Notes under the pieces: generated by a model | Told to the model about the DNA's origin: nothing | The model's input: only the letters and a program-made list of their open reading frames with translations | Database searches by the model: none | Translations under genes and position numbers: made by a program | Shown: positions 59,621 through 64,000 of the stretch, piece after piece | Layout: each line of letters begins with the position of its first letter | Position numbering within the stretch: the stretch's first letter is position 1 | NCBI GenBank assembly: GCA_040005235.1 | Contig: JBDTZG010000013.1 | Location: 45,048-109,047 of the forward strand | Length of the DNA: 64,000 nucleotides | DNA from: Acidobacteriota bacterium | GTDB taxonomy: Bacteria; Acidobacteriota; Thermoanaerobaculia; Multivoradales; UBA5704 | Direction: 5' to 3'

Positions 59621-62424
59621 AAAGTATTCTGTCCATCGCCATCGCTGCCCTTTCGTTGACCGTTCTCCCAGCCAGCGCGCAAGCACCGCCCGACCGGTCG
59701 CTTGCCACGCGCTCACCTTCGGCTCCACCGGACAAGACCGCGAGCTATGAGATCAGCGATCGGTTTACCGCCCAGCGTCGGCCGCGGGTGACCGTCCTCA
59801 GTTTCGAGGATACCAACAAGAAGGCGCAGGAGGCGCACTACGGCTCTTCTGTCGAAGCGATGCTCGTTACTTTTCTCAAGCGCAAAAGCCAGTTCGTGGT
59901 CATCGAGCGTAGCGAGATTAAAAAGCTGCTCGATGAGCGCCAGCGCCTTCGATTAGGTGAAGTGAAGAATGATCCGGGCGATTCGGCGGGTCGGGATCTG
60001 CTGGAACGAGTCGACGTCTACATTCTAGGCAAGGTCACGCTGCTCGATGGGGTTCAAACCGAAGTGAAGACCGCGCAGAAGAATTCGGAGCAGGATGAGG
60101 AAGCGGCGGATGACACGACGAGCGATTCCGAAGAGGAGAACGCGGGCTCCGACCGGGCGCAAATCCAGGGAGCAAGGGTCGAGGTCGATGCCAAGTTGAT
60201 CTCGCGTTTCGACGGCCGGATCATCGCAGCCGCTCAGCGCAGTGGGCCCGTCGCCTGTCTGCGTTCGATCGTCGAACGACTCGGCGTAGCTCTAGAACAG
60301 AGCTACCTGCGGCCTTATTATGGCCAGCTACGCTTCGTTCTCAAGGAACCCGAGTACGTGCGGGTCTTTCTCACGCCGATTTTGCTCGATACTGCACTTG
60401 ACGAAGAAAAACCCCCGATCGAGCTGAGCAGGACCGTGACGATCGGATCGGAACGGGACGTGGTGCGGCCCTGGACGACCGACTCCACCTCTTACAAGAT
60501 CGAGAATCTCTTGAGCGGATGGTACTCGATGCGCCTCGAGCGGCCCGGATACGAGGGGATGGGAACAGAAAATTCTCGCTGGGAAGCGCGCGATCGCCTG
60601 GGTAACGTAGCGGTGATCGACAGGACGACCGGCAAGCCGGTTGCGCGAACCGATCCCCAAGTCAGTCGTTTCATCGTCAAAGTCGATCCGCTGACCACCG
60701 GTTTGCTCGACGGGGACAAGCAAGGCTTCCGGTTTCGAAAGCTGGAGGGCTCCTTCTCGCCAACGGTAAAACGACAATACCTCGACAAGGACTACTCTCG
60801 AGTTCCCGCCCGCGTCGTCCTCCTCGGAGGGAAAGAGGTCGAAATCAACCGCATCGAGTCGCCCGAAGAGTATGCGGATGACCAGAAATGCGATCTCTTC
60901 AACGAGGAAAAGCCAGGCCCCTTGGCATACGGTCGAACCTACGTTGCCGCGGGAGAAGAGTTCGATATCTCTACCTACAGCGGCGGGGAGTTGGTCATCG
61001 AAGACTACAAAGGTGAGCCGGTACCGGTGGGTAAATATCAACTGCAGATTTGGGAGCCCAACTATGCGCTACAAAAAATACAACACACGGTTCGGGATGG
61101 CGACCAAGGGAAAGTGATGCGGACCGCTCTGGTTCGGCAGACGATGGCTCCGAGCCTCGACGCGCCTTCACCGCGACCCGCGGCCCATGGCTTCCTAGAT
61201 GGGCGCGACACCCACTATAGGATCGGCATGCCGCTGGACTTTTCGCAGCCGAAAGAGTGGGCGGGAATTCCTGTGGACTCCTATTCGGCGTCGACCGACA
61301 TACCCGGGTTGAATCGGTGGAATCAGACCATCGAGTTGTTCGGCGGGCCGGTTTCACCGCCGACGTATGACACGGAAAGTCCCGATTTCAAGCCGGGAAT
61401 CATTGGCGGCGTGGCCGAGAATTCGGCGCCCTTGGTCGTACCGAAGGTCACTTTCAAGACCCGGTTCGGCCTCGGAGGCCGGCTGGATGCCCTCAGCTCG
61501 CGTCCCGATGCCTTGGCGGCCGATCTTTTCATCGACCCGGACATCGCGGACATTCTCGATCTCTTGCTGGCCAACCGAGAAGAACGAGAGGAGGAAGGTC
61601 GAGGCGGTTTTCTGGCGCTCCTGCTGGGGCGCAAGAAATCGCCGCCACCGATCGATCTGCGGGTGGCGCTTCCTCAACCCCCTCCCCTTCCCGGCGGTTT
61701 CGGACCCACGCTGCCGACCGCCCCGGCGCAGATCCAAGTGACCGCGAGCACACCCTGTGCTGACGAAGGTTTGGCGGCTCCACGGACTCGCGCGAAAACC
61801 CAGCTTCCCTGCAACTTGGAGGCCCTTCGGGCGCTGCTCGCCTCCCGTTTGGAATCGATCGATCTCTTGATCCTCGATGCGCGCGACATGGCAGGCCTTG
61901 AGGCCTCGCCGGAAACTGCGTCGATCGTCGCTCGATGGGTCGAGACGGGCGGATCGCTCTACGGCTTTGCTTCGGAAGAGGGAGACTACGGCGGGATCAC
62001 GGGCGCTCCGCTCGCGATCGAATCGCTCGGCCGGAGGAACCGTCGCTTTGAGCTCGCCCCGGGGGATGTCGGAGCGGTCTTGCCGTCGTTTGAGAAGAAA
62101 GTCAAGGTGAAGTCCAGGCGCGCCCTTCCGGACCTTTCGGACTTGGTGGCCGGAGGTGCCTGGCGAGTGCTTGCTTACACCAAACCCGAGGAGGGTCCCC
62201 GGATCATCGAGCGCACTTCCCGAGAGAACGGAGGCTACGTCCTCCTCTGGTTCGACGACCCGAGCGCGTTCGTCGGGCCGCTGGGAGGAAGAGTGAAGAA
62301 GGTCGAAGAGGTGCGGCGCCGGGTCGAGGAGCGCGCTTTCAAAGGGGCGCGTTACGTGATGTATCGGCGCTTCGACCTTTCGGGGGATCTGCTTCGCAAA
62401 GCGGAGGACGCCCTGCTCCATTGA
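59617..62424 (+). CDS. Large secreted protein with N-terminal CsgG/HfaB-like domain
   Basis: RBS AAGGAGG, ATGA overlap; signal peptide; RPRVTVLSFED...FVVIERSEIKKLLDE; PEGA-like YSMRLERPGYE. Confidence 0.7.
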   Translation: MKSILSIAIAALSLTVLPASAQAPPDRSLATRSPSAPPDKTASYEISDRFTAQRRPRVTVLSFEDTNKKAQEAHYGSSVEAMLVTFLKRKSQFVVIERSEIKKLLDERQRLRLGEVKNDPGDSAGRDLLERVDVYILGKVTLLDGVQTEVKTAQKNSEQDEEAADDTTSDSEEENAGSDRAQIQGARVEVDAKLISRFDGRIIAAAQRSGPVACLRSIVERLGVALEQSYLRPYYGQLRFVLKEPEYVRVFLTPILLDTALDEEKPPIELSRTVTIGSERDVVRPWTTDSTSYKIENLLSGWYSMRLERPGYEGMGTENSRWEARDRLGNVAVIDRTTGKPVARTDPQVSRFIVKVDPLTTGLLDGDKQGFRFRKLEGSFSPTVKRQYLDKDYSRVPARVVLLGGKEVEINRIESPEEYADDQKCDLFNEEKPGPLAYGRTYVAAGEEFDISTYSGGELVIEDYKGEPVPVGKYQLQIWEPNYALQKIQHTVRDGDQGKVMRTALVRQTMAPSLDAPSPRPAAHGFLDGRDTHYRIGMPLDFSQPKEWAGIPVDSYSASTDIPGLNRWNQTIELFGGPVSPPTYDTESPDFKPGIIGGVAENSAPLVVPKVTFKTRFGLGGRLDALSSRPDALAADLFIDPDIADILDLLLANREEREEEGRGGFLALLLGRKKSPPPIDLRVALPQPPPLPGGFGPTLPTAPAQIQVTASTPCADEGLAAPRTRAKTQLPCNLEALRALLASRLESIDLLILDARDMAGLEASPETASIVARWVETGGSLYGFASEEGDYGGITGAPLAIESLGRRNRRFELAPGDVGAVLPSFEKKVKVKSRRALPDLSDLVAGGAWRVLAYTKPEEGPRIIERTSRENGGYVLLWFDDPSAFVGPLGGRVKKVEEVRRRVEERAFKGARYVMYRRFDLSGDLLRKAEDALLH

Positions 62425-62562
62425 AGGCGCGGGCCGGTTCGTGGGGGGCGGAGCGAGGCTCCTCCCCCTTACTTTGGAGCGTAAGTAGGCTTTCCGTCGT
62501 GAGCACGGGAGCGGGAGCTCAGGTCCTCGATCGGAGTAAGCTGTCCTAGAGAGGAGTAGCGG

Positions 62563-62868
62563 ATGGCTAAGGCAACGATCGTCGTCCTCGGGACGTTCGC
62601 GCCGGGTTACGAAATGGTTTTCGCCGAGTATTCGAAGAAGGTCCGTGCCTTCCTCGACTCGAAAAACGCCCAGGTGATCCGCCGCCAGCTGATCGAGCGC
62701 ACGCTCTACGGCGATCTTTCGCCCAGCCTGGTGATGACGATCGACTTCCCCACTCGCGAGAGCGCCGAGACCGCTTTTTTCGAGCCGGAGTATCTGGCTC
62801 TCATCCCGCTTCGGGATCGGGTGTTCTCCGATTTTCACATGTGGTTGGCGCGCGCCGGGGAGGTATAG
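62563..62868 (+). CDS. DUF1330-like protein
   Basis: IDFPTRESAETAFFEPEYLALIPLR pattern; RBS GAGGAG. Confidence 0.75.
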   Translation: MAKATIVVLGTFAPGYEMVFAEYSKKVRAFLDSKNAQVIRRQLIERTLYGDLSPSLVMTIDFPTRESAETAFFEPEYLALIPLRDRVFSDFHMWLARAGEV

Positions 62869-62989
62869 CTTGAGGGTGGACTTGAGCGGCCGGCGGATCT
62901 GAAGCGGGCCTACGGCAAGGCCCGCCGCGCCGGCCCGACATCCCGTTCGAAAGGAGATGCGGGCCGAGCGACGAACCTGCCGGACTTCT

Positions 62990-63772
62990 CTAGTTGCCGT
63001 CGCGGAATGCGCCGAAGCCCGCGGCGCCGGCTTGGGCGATTTCTTTGTAGCTGACCGATTGGAGGAGCACCTCGGCCCTCTCGTCGGCAGCTTTCAGGGC
63101 CAAGTGGGCTCCGTTGAGGTCGAGCGTCTCGACCGCGAGCCCCTCAGCCATGAGCGGGAACCCCGCCGGACGGAGGTAACTGACCGTCAGCTTGGGGAAC
63201 TTGGCGATGACCTCGCCATATCCGTGCCCACCGGCGGGCAAGGAGATCTCGACTTTGCTGTTGAACAGCAGCGTGTACTGCTTGCCGGCCAGAAGACTGG
63301 CTGCGAGCGTCAAGGTGGTGTTCACATACCGGGCGGAAAGAGGCGTTTCGACCGGTGGAATCCCCGGGGCCGGCATGAACCGCGAGTCGAGCATCTGGAG
63401 CTGGATCGAGCCCTTCGCGCAGTCCAAACTGATCGGCCCCGCTTCGACTGCAACATCGAACCAGTAGTCGGTGACGGTGATCGGGTAGCCGGGGGGGTGG
63501 TAGGCCTGGAAGGTGTAGCCGAAGCCCACTTCCTGGGAGCTTTGTTGTGCGCTGGAGAGCGTGTTCGTTCCGAGCTGGTTGACCGTCCCGCCGTCCCCGG
63601 GCGTGACACGGAACGCACTCCAGAAGGCGGCGCAGGGGCCGGGCGAGAGCCTCCGGTAATTGCTGAACGGCGGGCCATACAGCGGGTAGAAATCCCTGCG
63701 GATGATGCGATCTCCGATCATGGTTGAGACGAGCTGGCTGGTCGTGGCGGTGGAGATGACGTTGGGTTCCAT
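62990..63772 (-). CDS. Hypothetical beta-rich protein
   Basis: 260 aa; RBS GGAGG; no recognised motif. Confidence 0.6.
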   Translation of the reverse strand: MEPNVISTATTSQLVSTMIGDRIIRRDFYPLYGPPFSNYRRLSPGPCAAFWSAFRVTPGDGGTVNQLGTNTLSSAQQSSQEVGFGYTFQAYHPPGYPITVTDYWFDVAVEAGPISLDCAKGSIQLQMLDSRFMPAPGIPPVETPLSARYVNTTLTLAASLLAGKQYTLLFNSKVEISLPAGGHGYGEVIAKFPKLTVSYLRPAGFPLMAEGLAVETLDLNGAHLALKAADERAEVLLQSVSYKEIAQAGAAGFGAFRDGN

Positions 63773-64000
63773 TCTGAGATCCCTCCAAAGGTTTCAGTCG
63801 GTTTGACGGTCGTCCCCGTGGCGAGGTGCCGAGGGGATGCAGGACACAGTTTCGAGGCTCGATGACCACACCTAAGGGCAACCGGCGTGCCAGGTCCGGC
63901 GGGGCATTCCGGCGGATCGCGCGGGCGCGCCCGTTCCTCTAGACGCCAACCTTGCCGGGCCGTTCTTTTCGACGCGAGCCGACGTCGGCCGACGTCGGCC

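Noticed and set aside
62878-62925. Possible HigB-like toxin fragment (ERPADLKRAYGKA)
   Set aside because: Too short to support without a search
63978-64000. GCCGACGTCG palindromic tandem at the window edge
   Set aside because: Truncated by the window boundary; cannot be interpreted

Overview
High-GC bacterial chromosomal window; the gene families suggest Acidobacteriota, possibly Thermoanaerobaculia (inference). The housekeeping core (29-40 kb: ruvA, SurA/PpiD-like PPIase, FecR-domain protein, mreBCD-mrdA-rodA-rng) and an Lhr helicase (51.6-56.1 kb) are surrounded by accessory DNA. From left to right: (1) a lasso-peptide precursor and lasso cyclase directly upstream of a large secreted P-domain/GEVED/C25-like protein; (2) tandem paralogous secreted proteins, an MscS-DEP fusion and a GAF-HisKA_3/NarL two-component system with a NosB-like membrane protein; (3) a decayed tandem copy of a two-gene secreted-protein module; (4) a cluster of a small secreted peptide with two GxxxDPSG repeats, a Zn-motif TPR-like protein and two XRE regulators, which looks like an undescribed peptide-signalling system; (5) a toxin-antitoxin/REP hotspot with a 21-bp array and a tyrosine-transposase remnant; (6) a second 21-bp array upstream of a small basic helical protein; (7) a membrane-anchored CHAT protease coupled to a CsgG-like protein. 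A 100-bp palindrome-centred bidirectional promoter-like cassette occurs twice with identical geometry (12.9 kb and 49.6 kb). No rRNA, tRNA or CRISPR array was recognised. All family assignments come from motif recognition by eye, with no database searches.
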